Source: Mobula hypostoma
Taxonomy: Eukaryota
DNA length: 64,000 nt
Direction of reading: 5' to 3'
Assembly: GCF_963921235.1 (NCBI RefSeq)
Contig: NC_086108.1
Location: 70,372,001 to 70,436,000 of the forward strand
Of the stretch, positions 37,383-49,464 are shown in pieces. A model generated the notes under the pieces. That model was not told the DNA's origin, ran no database searches, and saw only the letters and a list, made by a program, of their open reading frames with translations. The number at the start of each line of letters is the position of its first letter. The stretch's first letter is position 1. The position numbers and the translations under genes are program-made.

Positions 37383-39533
37383 AGGAACTATATATTGATT
37401 TGATTGAAAATACCAACAATCCATAAAACTACTCTTAACTATCTCTAATACTGAAATTACGTCTCACATGTTTGAAGAGAGTTGATAAGAATTTAAAATA
37501 AACTACAAAGCCATTCATTTAAGGCATTAGGGGTGAGCAACAAATGTAAACTTGTGTAACCACATCCTCCAAATGAAAATTAAAACTGGTTTTACTTGAT
37601 TCTACCTTAGCAATACCAAAGCTTAGGTACTTACACATATGGAGCTTCACACTGCTGCAGTTTCTATTAAGAGTGCACTTTCTACCCTATCAATCATCTC
37701 CTACACAATAGAGTCCATGGGACTGCCAAGAGGTATGTTATAACAACTAGGGTTATTAGTCGTAGGTGTATTAAGATCCAAATGAACCAAAATGGAAATA
37801 AAATCTGGTTTTGTATTAGATTAACATTGCACCGATGTAAATTTCAGTGCAAGACGTGGCTACTTACTGCCTATAATACCTGATTTCTTAAGGTTATCAA
37901 AACAAAAAATGGTCAATAATGAGGATTCAAAGGAAGTCAAACCCTCAATAACAAAATAAGTTAAATTATCTTTTTAATATTTTAACACATTTTCTTGTAA
38001 TTTCCACTTTAAACAGAGAAATATAACACATTTTGCCCGTAAATCTTTAAGGTGCTGTGGAACTCTAGGTACTAAAATATAAGGGGGCAAATTATAACAA
38101 TTGAAGTTAAAATATAGCAAGTTTATCATTAATTTATTTTTATTTTCTACATTCCCTTGCTCTGACCCGTTACATTAATGGCAACTTTGTATCTGCACAT
38201 TACTAATGAAATACAGCATACAGTGTACTTCACAACATCTTTGGCTTTGTATGCATAAATTGGCAATAGCAATAATTCATATTATATATTCGGTTCCATT
38301 CTGTAGCAGGCGAGAGATGGGTAGATGTCACAAATTGATCTGTTTATTAAAAAAAAAAGAATCTTATTGCATTGCTGTTTTGATATATTAGTTTTGTCTA
38401 ACATTTTATCATATATCAACACTGAACATTATTTGAATTACTTATACATGTTAATTTGTGTGTCCTCATTTTAGTAATACACCAACAAACCAGCATGCAC
38501 AGCAAAGTAAATGGCATTGTTACTGTACACAGTTACTGATGTGCAACCTGAGCAAGCTCAACAGCTTGAGAGGTGTGCCAGGACTTCTGTGAAACTTGCT
38601 GTTCAATTCATGCCTCTCTGCTGTTTGCTTCTCTTCATTTTAAGGATTTGCTACATTTGCACATTTTCTATTTGGCATGTTGTTAACTTGCTCTATCAAT
38701 TCATTTTCCCTTTTTAATTATGTATTTTATTTTAGTATACTCCAAGTAATTCCTGTTTCTCTCTTTTCTCTTATTTTCAATGGTCAAGGAGCTACACTCA
38801 TGTTTTCATCATCTATTTTGGTCTTAAGTTCTCAGAAGATAAGATGCACTGCCGATGCTGGAACCAGGGACAAGAAACAATATTGGGAGAACTGTGGCTC
38901 AAGCATCTGTGAAGGCAAAAGGCACATCATGTTGTTTTGGGTTGAGACCCTGCATCAGGATCAGTCCAAGTTTCTGTATCTTAACCTGAAACACAAATGG
39001 GCATCTTTTGCCTCCACCAATGCTTTGTCCCCAATACCTTTCATAATCCTCACTCCTGTAAACCGCTCATTCTACTCGCAAGTTGTGGTATGAAAAGTTG
39101 AATAATCCTGTAGAAAGTTTTAAGTGTGCTGCTACTGAGATATGACTCAAACTAAATTCCACTCTAATCGAATTAGGTATACACTTGCTATTGGTAATAC
39201 CTTAGCAACCTACCATTCTTTTGCACAAGAAATGTAACCAAGTAAATATTTGGCAAAATAGGATTTCTCAGTATTTTATTTACTCTAATGTATAACTTGA
39301 GAATTCATGGCACATTTCAGTAGTGCAAATTGAGTGCAATGCATGTCTGATCCTTCAGCCCAACACATTATTGAAAAGTAGCTTTTGTTTTGGGCTAAAA
39401 ACAGTTACACAAAGTAACATACAATAAATAGCATACCTGATTAACTTCAGGATTCCTGCACTTACAGAAACAAATAGGACTGGATTGTACTCTTATCCCT
39501 CCTCATACTGAGAAAAGAATTACCTGCATATTC

Positions 39534-39662
39534 TCACCGCGCGATTGAATCCAGAATCAGCCACTTTTCTGTTGTAGTTTGCATATCTTGGCCCTGGAGA
39601 GGTTCTCTGATTCTAACTTTCAGTTCCAAACGACCACCAGTTGATTTTCTGCCATCAAAAAT
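39534..39662 (-). CDS. CC2D1B: CC2D1B last coding exon (IFDGRKSTGGRLELKVRIREPLQGQDMQTTTEKWLILDSIAR*)
   Basis: cccttag|ATT acceptor; TGA at 39536-39534. The protein ends right after the C2 domain, as CC2D1B does (CC2D1A has a longer tail). Adjacency to ZFYVE9 also supports 1B. Confidence 0.92.
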   Translation of the reverse strand: MFDGRKSTGGRLELKVRIREPLQGQDMQTTTEKWLILDSIAR

Positions 39663-39774
39663 CTAAGGGCAGGACAACAAATGACCTTCAGAGAAAAGTA
39701 CCTCACAATAGAAAGAATCTACAACATTTATACCAACATTACAACTTTTTAAGGCAGTAAGTTATTCTCCTAAG

Positions 39775-40197
39775 GGGTTGTCTAATGGTGGATCCTCGGG
39801 TAGCTGTAGAGGCCGATCTGGGATCCTCACATACAGGTGCAATGTGGACACGAGTCAGGGATTGGGTCTTTCAGTTCTTCATTCTTCTTTTGCAGTAGCT
39901 GCTTGTTCTCTGCAGCACAGTGGAGGTTGGTATCATATATGCAGCTTCCTCTTGAACAGACTTCCTCCAGGTGTAGCTATTGAGTGCAATGTCTTCCCAG
40001 TTTTTAAAGATGTAATGTTGAATTTTTTCAGGGAGATTTTGATGTTATCCTGGTCGAAAGCATCTTGAAAACCTTGAGGTGTGTTGCCCATCAGGGGCTT
40101 GCTGACTTCCTTTCAACTGGGAGTAAAAGATCTGTTTGGGGATATGTGAGCTTTCAGATGCCTAACTCACATCTCCCCAAACAGATCCTTTGCTCCC
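39775..40197 (-). mobile_element. Old RTE-clade LINE 3' remnant with a fold-back 5' junction
   Basis: Minus strand reads HIPKQIFYSQLKGSQQAPDGQ ... WEDIALNSYTWRKIC, typical of the RTE ORF C-terminus. Confidence 0.65.
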
Positions 40198-41719
40198 CGG
40201 CCTATAATGGTGAAAGGTTTAATGGCATTTTTTAAAAAAAAACATAAGCAACTCAAAGTAAAGCTTTTCCAGCTCTAAATACACCTAAATGAAACTTAGT
40301 CAAGTCATACAAATGAAATAAGTCACCAATTGCAAAAACAAAAGCAGGACACAACAGTCACCCTTGGGCTCATCCATAGCTCAACCAATCAGTACTGGAG
40401 GCACAACCACAATAAATAGACTTTGCTATGAATATAAACTCAACAAAATGAGAAAGAATAATTGCAATTAAGAAACCTATGGTGATGAATTCCTTTGCAA
40501 TTAGAATGAATGTTAAAAATTATACACTGGTTGATACTTGCTACATTTGTTTTCATTTTATTATCAAACTTCAGACTGATCTTAAAGGATAGACTATTTT
40601 TTCAGGTCTTCATGATTTTTACACCAGCTTTGTATTTTAGTTTTAATTGAACAAATTTTTGTACAATATTTCTTCCTTATTGGAAATAAATGTTTTACAA
40701 AACACTAACTGTAAAATTGTGGTGACATTAAATTTAAGATATCTTCAAATCAAAAAAAGTTGCTTTAAAAAAAATTCTGTTTTCAATAGAATACAGTGTT
40801 TATGAGCCTGCAATATAGATTTGTACTCTTACATGTTGCAATAGAAATAGTATTTGCAACTTGCATAATCATTTAACAGATTATGAGCATTAGCACCCTA
40901 GATTTGACTTCTTAGCTTATTCTTTTTGGCCGAATCCAATCTAGTCTAAGTACATAGTTATTTAACAGACACCACTGGAAGAGATTAGGAGGAGAAATTA
41001 TTTTTCTCTTAACAGGTTATGGGAAGGCATCAGCAGCAAATCTGGATTAGCCTGCACAAAATATAACAAATCTATGATCTTTGCAAGCTATGATTCAGCT
41101 ATCAAGACTTTTTCATGTATGAAGGAAATGCCCAAGCTAAAACATTAGGAATACACAATGATCACAGTGACACACAAGACTACAAGTGTGTAATCAAGCT
41201 AACCAGCAAAAGCAATGACTTTGTCATCCAGAAAAGGCTAGAAATCAATTAACACTGCAAACAAGGGCTTTTCTTTCTTGAAGCTGCTACTACCACCTAA
41301 GGTGGAGGCTGATGACCTGTTAACATTTTATTGCCAACACCCCTGCCATCTTGATCATTCGATTCAGCACAGATCAGAGGCTTAAACTGCATTCTGTCTA
41401 GAATACGAAAGATGTGAGCTTCTAAATTGGTCACTCTCTAGCCAAGCTATTCTGCTGCAGTTATGATACTGATAACTAATAAATAATATAGAAACTTGAC
41501 CAAGATGGTCCTGCTGACAAAAAGCAAGACCAACCTACTCTGGCAACTAACTTCCAATCATCAGCCAACTGATGGAAATTACAGGTGACCCTCACATTAC
41601 AAGCCAATCAGGTTATGCAAGTTCACTTGTAGAATTCATAAATCACTGTCTAAAAATTTGAGATATGAAATAAAATTCATTCTCATGAAATTAAAGAATA
41701 ACCAAATGAGTCCAGAAAT

Positions 41720-41800
41720 CCTGAAGAAGAGTCTCAGCCTGAAACATCAACTATTATTCATTTTGATAGATGCTGTCTGACCTGCTGAGTTCCTCCACTG

Positions 41801-41834
<34 letters not shown>

Positions 41835-41860
41835 CTCTAGATTTCCAGCATTTGCAGAAT
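41720..41860 (+). mobile_element. Penelope terminal-repeat fragment with internal (TG)n
   Basis: cctgaagaagagtctcagcctgaaacatcaac ... tttccagcatttgcaga; (TG)n at about 41802-41832. Confidence 0.65.
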
Positions 41861-43158
41861 CATTTAATAGTTTTCTTTTTCAATCTACATTTCTTTACAG
41901 ATAACATAGTAAATACAATTCCAACTGATTTTCAGAAAAGTGCCCCCTATAATCTGAAGGTCACCTGCGTTGTCAAAAATGCATTTGCTATTAACATTTT
42001 GATTCAGAGTTTAGTTTTGCCATGGTTGGCTGGCTCAGACCTCATTATAAATTTTATCCAAACAGGGCAAGAGCTGAACTCCTGAGACAAAATGAGCATG
42101 TCTGTCTTTGACATCAGGTAGCATTTGACCAAGTGAAACACCGAGGTGCCTTGGCTAAATTAAGGTCAATGGGAATAAAGGAAAAAGCCTTCCACTGTCT
42201 GGAGTAATATGTAGCAGTAAGGAAGATGGATGTGATATTTGTGGGTAGGAAACAATCATTTCAGATCTTCATGTAGAATTTCCATATGTAATGCCTAAAG
42301 CACAATGTTCAATTCCATTGACAAATCCTCAAAGTGAAACACTTGCCTGCAAGCAGCAATGCATGTCATAATCAGAAACACCAACCATCTCTATGCCTCT
42401 ACACATGTTGCACCACATACTAAGTTTCTCCAGCAGTTTATTTTTTGATCCAAACACATGTGAATTGTGGCAGGTTAATGAATACCTTAGCAAGAGAATC
42501 CAACTGCCTGCAACCTCATTACTCTTCTATTTCAATATCAAGCAAAATATGAATTCTGGAATTACCTAAGTGGATACAGAGCATTCAAGAACGCAAGAAA
42601 ATAGGAGCAGGAGTAGGACACCGTGCCCCTCACAAGCTTGCTCCACCATTCACTGATCAAATGCTGGCTTCAACTTCAATGCCCAGTTACCAATCACCTC
42701 AATTGTTTGATCTTTCAAATACTTATGTCTCCATCTTAAATGTATCTAATGATCTGGCCTCCAGCACCCTCAGATACAGAGAATTCTAGAGATTCACCAC
42801 CCTTGGAAGAAATTTCTACACACAGAATAATGCAGAACTCACAATCTTATTGTTCATTCCCTCTATTACTCATGCAGTATGACAGGATTTGCTTACTGTA
42901 CTGGTATTTGCTAAAGCTTATTCAAACACTACCTCCAGCAAGACCAGAACAAGACACACGGAAATGCCACCACCTGCGACTTCATTACCAAGGGAACTTA
43001 TTATAGCGAGTAAGAAATACACAGCCATTTCCACAACAATGCTCAGTCAAGTTCCTGGAATTTTCTATCTGATGAGACTATGAAAATAGTTTCATTACAT
43101 AGATGCAACTGTTCAAGGAGGCAGTTATTTTGAGATAAAATGATATATAGTACTCTAC

Positions 43159-43249
43159 CTCCACAATTTCTCTGACCTCACATTCAGTTTCTAGCTTGTC
43201 CAGTTTTAGCTGTGCAGTTCCAACTGGTTTGTCACTCCTGAAAAATCCA
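43159..43249 (-). CDS. CC2D1B: CC2D1B coding exon (GFFRSDKPVGTAQLKLDKLETECEVREIVE)
   Basis: ttttacag| acceptor and GAG|gtagag donor; 91 bp. Confidence 0.94.
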
Positions 43250-43502
43250 CTGTAAAATAAACCAGAGCAATAAACGCTGTATGAGAAAATCAACCTTGCA
43301 AAACATAGCAATTCCTGTCCCATGTTAATGTACTGAAATACAGAACTGTAACCAGAATAGGAACAGCAGTGAACCAAAAGAAAGAATGAACATTAAACGG
43401 TACTTTCAAGGAAGAAAGAAATAACCAGGAATTTATACAAGGTAAATAGGAACAAATACTGCACATGTGCACTGTTATGTAAACTGCTATTAAGATCCTT
43501 AC

Positions 43503-43602
43503 CCCTTATGAAATACTTCAAATTTAATTCCTTTTGTCTGAATTATTCGTTTAAACCCACGATGATTTCTGTTAATATTCAGTGTAAAACTCTCATTATA
43601 TT
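43503..43602 (-). CDS. CC2D1B: CC2D1B coding exon (YNESFTLNINRNHRGFKRIIQTKGIKFEVFHK)
   Basis: tcttccag| acceptor and GG|gtaagg donor; 100 bp. Confidence 0.94.
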
Positions 43603-44429
43603 CTGGAAGAAAAAAAACAGACACAGAACACATTTTAGTTTAGGTGAAACATGATAAAAGCCTGTAAAGGGAGGTATAAAATAACTGAGATAGATGTGTT
43701 ATCACAAACAGGAGTGGTGTTTTACAACACTGAAATCAACACACAATCATCACTTGTAAACATCATTTATTAGTCAGTGAAGGAAAAGTTTAAAACGGGT
43801 CTGCTGGTTAGTATTCTAAATTGAAGCAAGACTAATTTTGGGGGAATTAGGCAGGATCTAGCAGGCAGTTATTAGGACAGCCTGTTTGAAGGGAAAGGAG
43901 TGAATGGCAAGTGGCAGGCTTTTAAGAGTGTGATATCAGAAGTTTAGAGACAACAATATCTTGTTAGGACAAAGGGTGAGCTTGGGTGATGCAAGATATT
44001 TAGGCTGTGATCAAGAAGGAAACATACAATGGGTTTACGATGTTAGGAATGAGGGATGACATTGTAGAATTATTTAAAACTGAGGCATGGATGAGGTAGA
44101 TATTCAGATTTTTCACCAGGGTAGATAAAACCCAATATTTGGAGGCATAGATTTAGGGTGAGAGGGGAAAGACTTAAAAGGGACTTGAGTTGCAACTATT
44201 TCCAGAGGGTGGTGTTTATATGGAACAAGACAATCAGGTGACCCATTGGGGCACCCTTTGAGAGAAAGGTAGTGCAATCTGATGTGACCAGAATGAACAT
44301 TAAATTTCCCTGAATGCTATTGCTATCGCTTTGTTTTGGAAATTAAAGAAGAAAAACTCAGTTTATTAAAGAAGAAAGACGCGTAGCAAGACAAATATAG
44401 CTCCTCCTCGCTTAACGAAGGACACTTTT

Positions 44430-47310
44430 GATGACAACATTTCTGGTTGATCTGCCACCCTTCAAGAATACTCTAATGTTTTCACTTCTTTTTCCCTAGC
44501 TTAAAACCACATATAGTCGACCATGCTGGAATACCAGTTTCTCCAGATAAGCCAACACATTCTGCATGGTTTGGCCTTGCGCCTTATGTATAGTCATAGC
44601 AAAGCATGACTGTATCGGGAACTGGCTCCACTGAAGAGGGATATCTTCCCCTTCTGATAAACTGAGGGTAATTCTTGGGATCATGACAATGTCATTTTTG
44701 AACACACCAATGTTTATCTTTACTACGATGAGATTGACGTGCAGTTTTTCCACCATCATTCACATTCCATTGCAAAGCCTTGGTGGATCCAAGTTCCTCA
44801 TTGAAATGATGGGAGAGCCCCTCTTCAATTCCAGTTCATGTGGTGGCAATCCAGAGAGTTTGACCAAATCAAGGAATTCTGTTGGAAAATGAGTACCATT
44901 AGCTCCTTCACTTATGGCACTGAAGGAACAGTATTCTTTCATATTCCAGGGAAGCAACTAATGCATGTGAAGTTTATTTTTCACATCATTTCATTAAGAG
45001 GAACCAAGACAGAATTTCTCGAGAACAGTTCTGCAGGATTGTCAAATGTCGGGTGGAATCAATACATTCTTTGATAGTTTTTGCTGGCAGAATCATATCT
45101 TCAGGTAACTCGATTTCATCGTTTTCATTTTTCTCAATCTTGTCTTCTCCAACATCCAATAAGAACTCAGAATATCGTCCTCCCTCACTCAATTGCATGT
45201 TTCTCTTCAATTGAAACTTGATGAAGCTTCTCCATAAGTAGGATTTTTTAATGCATGAATTCTCCACATGAGCATCATTTCCTTGTTTCACAACTGCTAG
45301 AAGCTGATCGAAATTGCCATAGTAAATGGTTAAAATACCCCTGAAGGCCTCATTCCTACCGCATACATCACAAAGAGTCCGGTCCACGGCTTCGAAGCGC
45401 TCCCTCCTAATCATGGGGCACTCATCCCAGACAATAAGCCTTGCATTTCGGAGTAAGTTTACAGTATTAGTGTTTTTAATCGATGTTACAAAGGGCATCT
45501 TCCTTGACTTTGAGGGGTATCTTGACTCTTGAATGCGCTGTCCTACCACCAGGCATCAATGTTGCTGCAATACCTGATGATGCTACAGCAATAGCAACCC
45601 CTCCATCTCCCTTAACTTTAGCGAGGATCAAGTTGATGATAAATATCTTGCCCGTTCCTCCTGGTGCATCAATGAAAATCATTGAAGAGAGATTCCTTTC
45701 CAAGCAGTCGCGCACATATTCATATACTTCTCTTTGCTCATTATTCAATAGGGATTCCTTCTGTGAAACAAATTCTTGCTGTTTGTCTCTGTTGTATTGC
45801 AGTTCATGCAATAATTCCAAATTGCCAGCACTTTGAGTAGTTGTACCGTTTCTTGGTGTTGGCAAGTTATATTCTTCAAGTGTTTTGCCCAAGTTCTCAA
45901 GTTTCTCTTGGAAATACAGAAGAGCTCATTCATGATGCCTCTCATCCATCATGATATTAGGCGGATGCCTCTGGCATGTCTCGAATTTGTTCTTTTGCAA
46001 GTCGAACGGAAGCAATGTATGGGTTTCATTGTCATAGTAGGGTTTCCAATAATTCAACAATCTCACGTTGAATTCCATCATTCTGTAGTATCCCCATCTT
46101 GAGGACCTATGAAGTTAATTTGAAGGAATCTGGCTTGCTGGTTGGGGTCTGGCATTAAATGTCCGATGTAATGATGGATTTGGCCTTGAATAATCACAGA
46201 AGGATTCCATCTATTCCTCATTGGAAGGACTTCTTTGGCACCAAAGGATGTCATCTGGAAGAGACAATTGTATTATCTGATGTTCTTCCTGAATTTGTTT
46301 GCAATAGGTTCATCACTGCTGTATAAATTGAGGAATTCATTGGGTAGAGGTTGCAAATTGCCTATCCTGACCTTTCCCTTCATACAGCAGAAATTTGCAG
46401 TTTCTCCAGTGAATAGGAAGGCACAACAGCGAGGGCATTCTCTGATCATCATACCAACATCAGCAGAAATGTTACGGCGTGCGAGTCATGCATTTTGCCT
46501 TGCTCTTTCTCTGTCGAGGTATTGTCGTTGAAAGCGGGCATTGTCGTCTGCAACAACTCTTGCATTAATTACTCTTTGCCGCATATTCTCGAGTCGATCT
46601 TTCCTTTTCTCCTAGTCTAGTGCAGTTTTTGTGTTGTTTTACGTAGTCTAGTGTAGCCTTGTGCTGTCTCACATAGTCTAGTGTAGCTTTGTGTTTGTTT
46701 CATGTAGCACCATGGTCCTGGAGGAACGTTTTGTTTTAACTGCGTACCGTACCAGCAGCTTATGGTCGAAATGACAATAAGTTTGACTTGACTTGACTCC
46801 TCTGTCTCTTCCTCTCTCCTCCTTCTGTGCCTGTTTTTGTCATTCTGGAGACGTGCAGCCTTTTCATCCCCGGTCTCTTCATCTCTTCTGCTGTTTGTTG
46901 TTTGCCTCTGATCCTGGAGATGTGCATTTCTCAGCTCCTTTGTCTCTTCCTCTCTCCTCCTTCTCTACCTGTTTTTGTCATTCTGGAGACACGCAGCCCT
47001 TTCATCCTTCATCTCTTCATCTCTTCTACCATTTGTTCTTTCTCTCTGAACCTGGAGTCATGCTGCCCTGGCCTTATCCGATTCTTGTTCTCTCCTCCTT
47101 CTGTGCCTATTGTTGTCATTTTGGAGACATGTATGCCTCTCCTCCTCTGTCTCGTCTTCTCTCATCTTTTTTGTCCTGACTCTTTGATCCTGGAGTCATG
47201 CCGACCTGGCCCCATCCGATTCTTGTTCTCTCCCTCTCCTCGCTGCTTCCCGACGATGTTTGGTGTAATCTCTTGACCATAATGTCCCCCTTCTCTTTCC
47301 ACGCAGCATA
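44430..47310 (-). pseudogene. Helitron RepHel pseudogene (PIF1/SF1 helicase, Zn finger, N-terminal repeats)
   Basis: IFIDAPGGTGK, VASSGIAATLMPGGRTAHS, IVWDECPM, RNLDPPRLCNG, FAMTIHKAQGQT and FQHGRLYVVLS across frameshifted ORFs; CPRC..FCC and YNCLFQMTSFGA at 46230-46440. Confidence 0.9.
46612..46798 (+). mobile_element. Rex1-like 3' tail inserted in the Helitron
   Basis: Three tagtctagtg(c/t)ag repeats, then catggtcctggaggaacg, then atgacaataag(tttgac/ttgac)n tail. Confidence 0.65.
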
Positions 47311-48179
47311 ATTAGGCTGACCTTATTTTTTTACCTTAATGCTGGATAGAAGATACGAAGCAGTAACACCAAAGGATGCTGATTTCTCTTGACGATGTGG
47401 TTGGCGCTCTCCTAAGTGGACGTGATATAGTCACTGCTGTCCTTTGATTGCAGCAAAGGGTTTGATGGATGTTTTGAAGTACTTCATTACAATAAGATTT
47501 CATTATCTCTTATTAATGGGTCACACTTTGATCTGTCCCAATCTTGCACATGCTGATGGTGATTAGCAGAATGTGACCGCTTGAAATAGAGCTGCCCTGC
47601 CCTTTTGCTCCGGTTGGTGTCGCTGCTGTGAGCATCATGAGTCACTTCTGAGGCTGGCCGTGCGCATGTGTCATGGTGTCGCGTCGCAGTTTCCATAAAA
47701 GCTGGAATCGGGTTTGGAAAGCGGGGCCTGTTGACACGTGAGCAATTTTATACGAATATAACCCTGACCTTTGCGTGCATTCTGTAAGTTAGCACATTTT
47801 AAGTCCATTTAGTCAAAATAAGTGCCGCTGTAATGCACCGTTTGGGCTCATTTGAGAGCACGAATAGACAAACCGACAAACAGATAAATAGAATGAGAAT
47901 TTTAGTAATGTATAGATAGATGAGATATGGAAGTGGTTGAGGCAGATAGCATGGTATCATTTAAGAAATACTTGGATGTGGGCATGGAGGCCCAGCACTT
48001 AGAGAAATATGGGCTGAATGCAGTAAATTGGGAAAAGCTGGCTAGGCACTGTGGTTGGCATGGACTCCTGTATCTGTGCTATATGGCTTCATGATTCAAG
48101 TCTAATGTGAATGAATTGACATTCATCTGAATGGAAATTAATTTGCCAGAATTTTAACCATTTGTTTATTGTATTAAAA

Positions 48180-48720
48180 ACATGACACCGTAGGACAAAA
48201 GAGCAGAGTAGACTATTCGGCTCAGAGTATTCTGCTGTTAGATTTCCCCCCTACCCCCAACCCCATTCCCCCCATAACCTTTGATGCACCTACTAATCAA
48301 AAACCTATCAACGTCCACTTTTAAAAAAACAATGATTTGCCTTCCACAACCCAACTATCTGTGGCAATTAATTCCACAGATTCACTACCATCTGGCTAAA
48401 GAAATTCCTCCTTATTTCTGTTCTAAAGGGATGTCCTTGTATTTTGAGGCTGTGCCCTCTGGTCCGAGACTCTCCCATTATTGGAAACATGCTCTCCACA
48501 TTCATTCTATCTAGGATTTTCAATATTTGGTATGTTTCAGAGATCCCTTCTTTCTTCTAAATTCTAGTGAGTACAGACCCAGAGCCATCAAATGCTCCTC
48601 ATACATTAACCCAAGGACCATTGCCATGAACTCCTTCTGGACTCTATCCACGCCAGCAGATCCTTTCTTAGCTAAGCGTCCAAAACTGCTCATAATACTC
48701 CAAATATGGCCTGACCAATA
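48180..48720 (-). mobile_element. CR1 3' fragment
   Basis: Homologous to 52565-52903 and 61710-62250. Confidence 0.75.
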
Positions 48721-49464
48721 TCTTTCTGAAGGGAGTCTTTTTGTGCGATAGTGAACTGAATGGGCTGATTCGGTGTCACATATCTATTGGATGGCACAGG
48801 GGGTGTGGCAGTTAGTATTGCTACTCTTCAGCTCCAAGGGTGCTGTCTGGGTGAAATTTGCATGTCCTCAAATATTAAATTTAATAGCTCCATGAATACT
48901 ACCCCCTTTTCAGTCATCAGCAAACTAAATTGAGACTTTCTAAGCAACACTATCATTTACAAATAAACTGAGTATTGCCTCCCAATACACACCCTTTTGG
49001 AACACAACTTACCACATCTTGCCAATATCAACAGATGGTCTATTATCTGCATAGTTTGTCTAATTATTCAGCCAGTTCAATAATTTGTTTTCAGTTTCAT
49101 GATCATGTGAAGGAGTCTATCAAATAACTTCTAAAAGTAATTTTAATCCAATTTGGGTCTATGCCAGTTCTATCCAATTAGCTCCATTTTCCTTTTTAAT
49201 AAATTGGCTAATTGACTTATGTAATTTTATTCGTTTGAGCTATTCTCTGGAATGTTATTCCTGAATCAAATTCCATCATTCTTTCAGTCAGTGATTCCAG
49301 ATGAGAAGATTTTACATTTTGAACACCACCCCTCACTTCTCAATTCCAAAGGGAACCACCTCAGTTTTTCCATTTTGATTTTCAGTCTTTATCATTTTCC
49401 AGGGATCAGTGCTGATACCTCAGTTTGTAATATATGTAATTTAGATGTGGTGTCAAAATGGTTG

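Larger units (their letters stand above)
44226..47920 (-). mobile_element. Helitron (rolling-circle transposon), internally deleted, both termini present
   Basis: Minus strand begins A|TCTATCTATAC; ends with hairpin GGTGCCCCAATGGGTCACC, 11 nt, CTTG|T; A|T target with no TSD; PIF1 helicase motifs. Confidence 0.92.
43800..48090 (+). mobile_element. Old CR1 remnant (43800-44225 plus 47921-48090), split by the Helitron
   Basis: cagagggtggtgtttatatggaa|tgag...ggaagtggttgaggcag rejoins into CR1 3' sequence. Confidence 0.7.

Noticed and set aside
44496..45892. Cellular PIF1 helicase gene
   Set aside because: Intronless, frameshifted, and enclosed by Helitron termini
46612..47245. CRISPR-like array
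   Set aside because: Degenerate tandem units without unique spacers; a LINE tail plus Helitron coding repeats in a vertebrate
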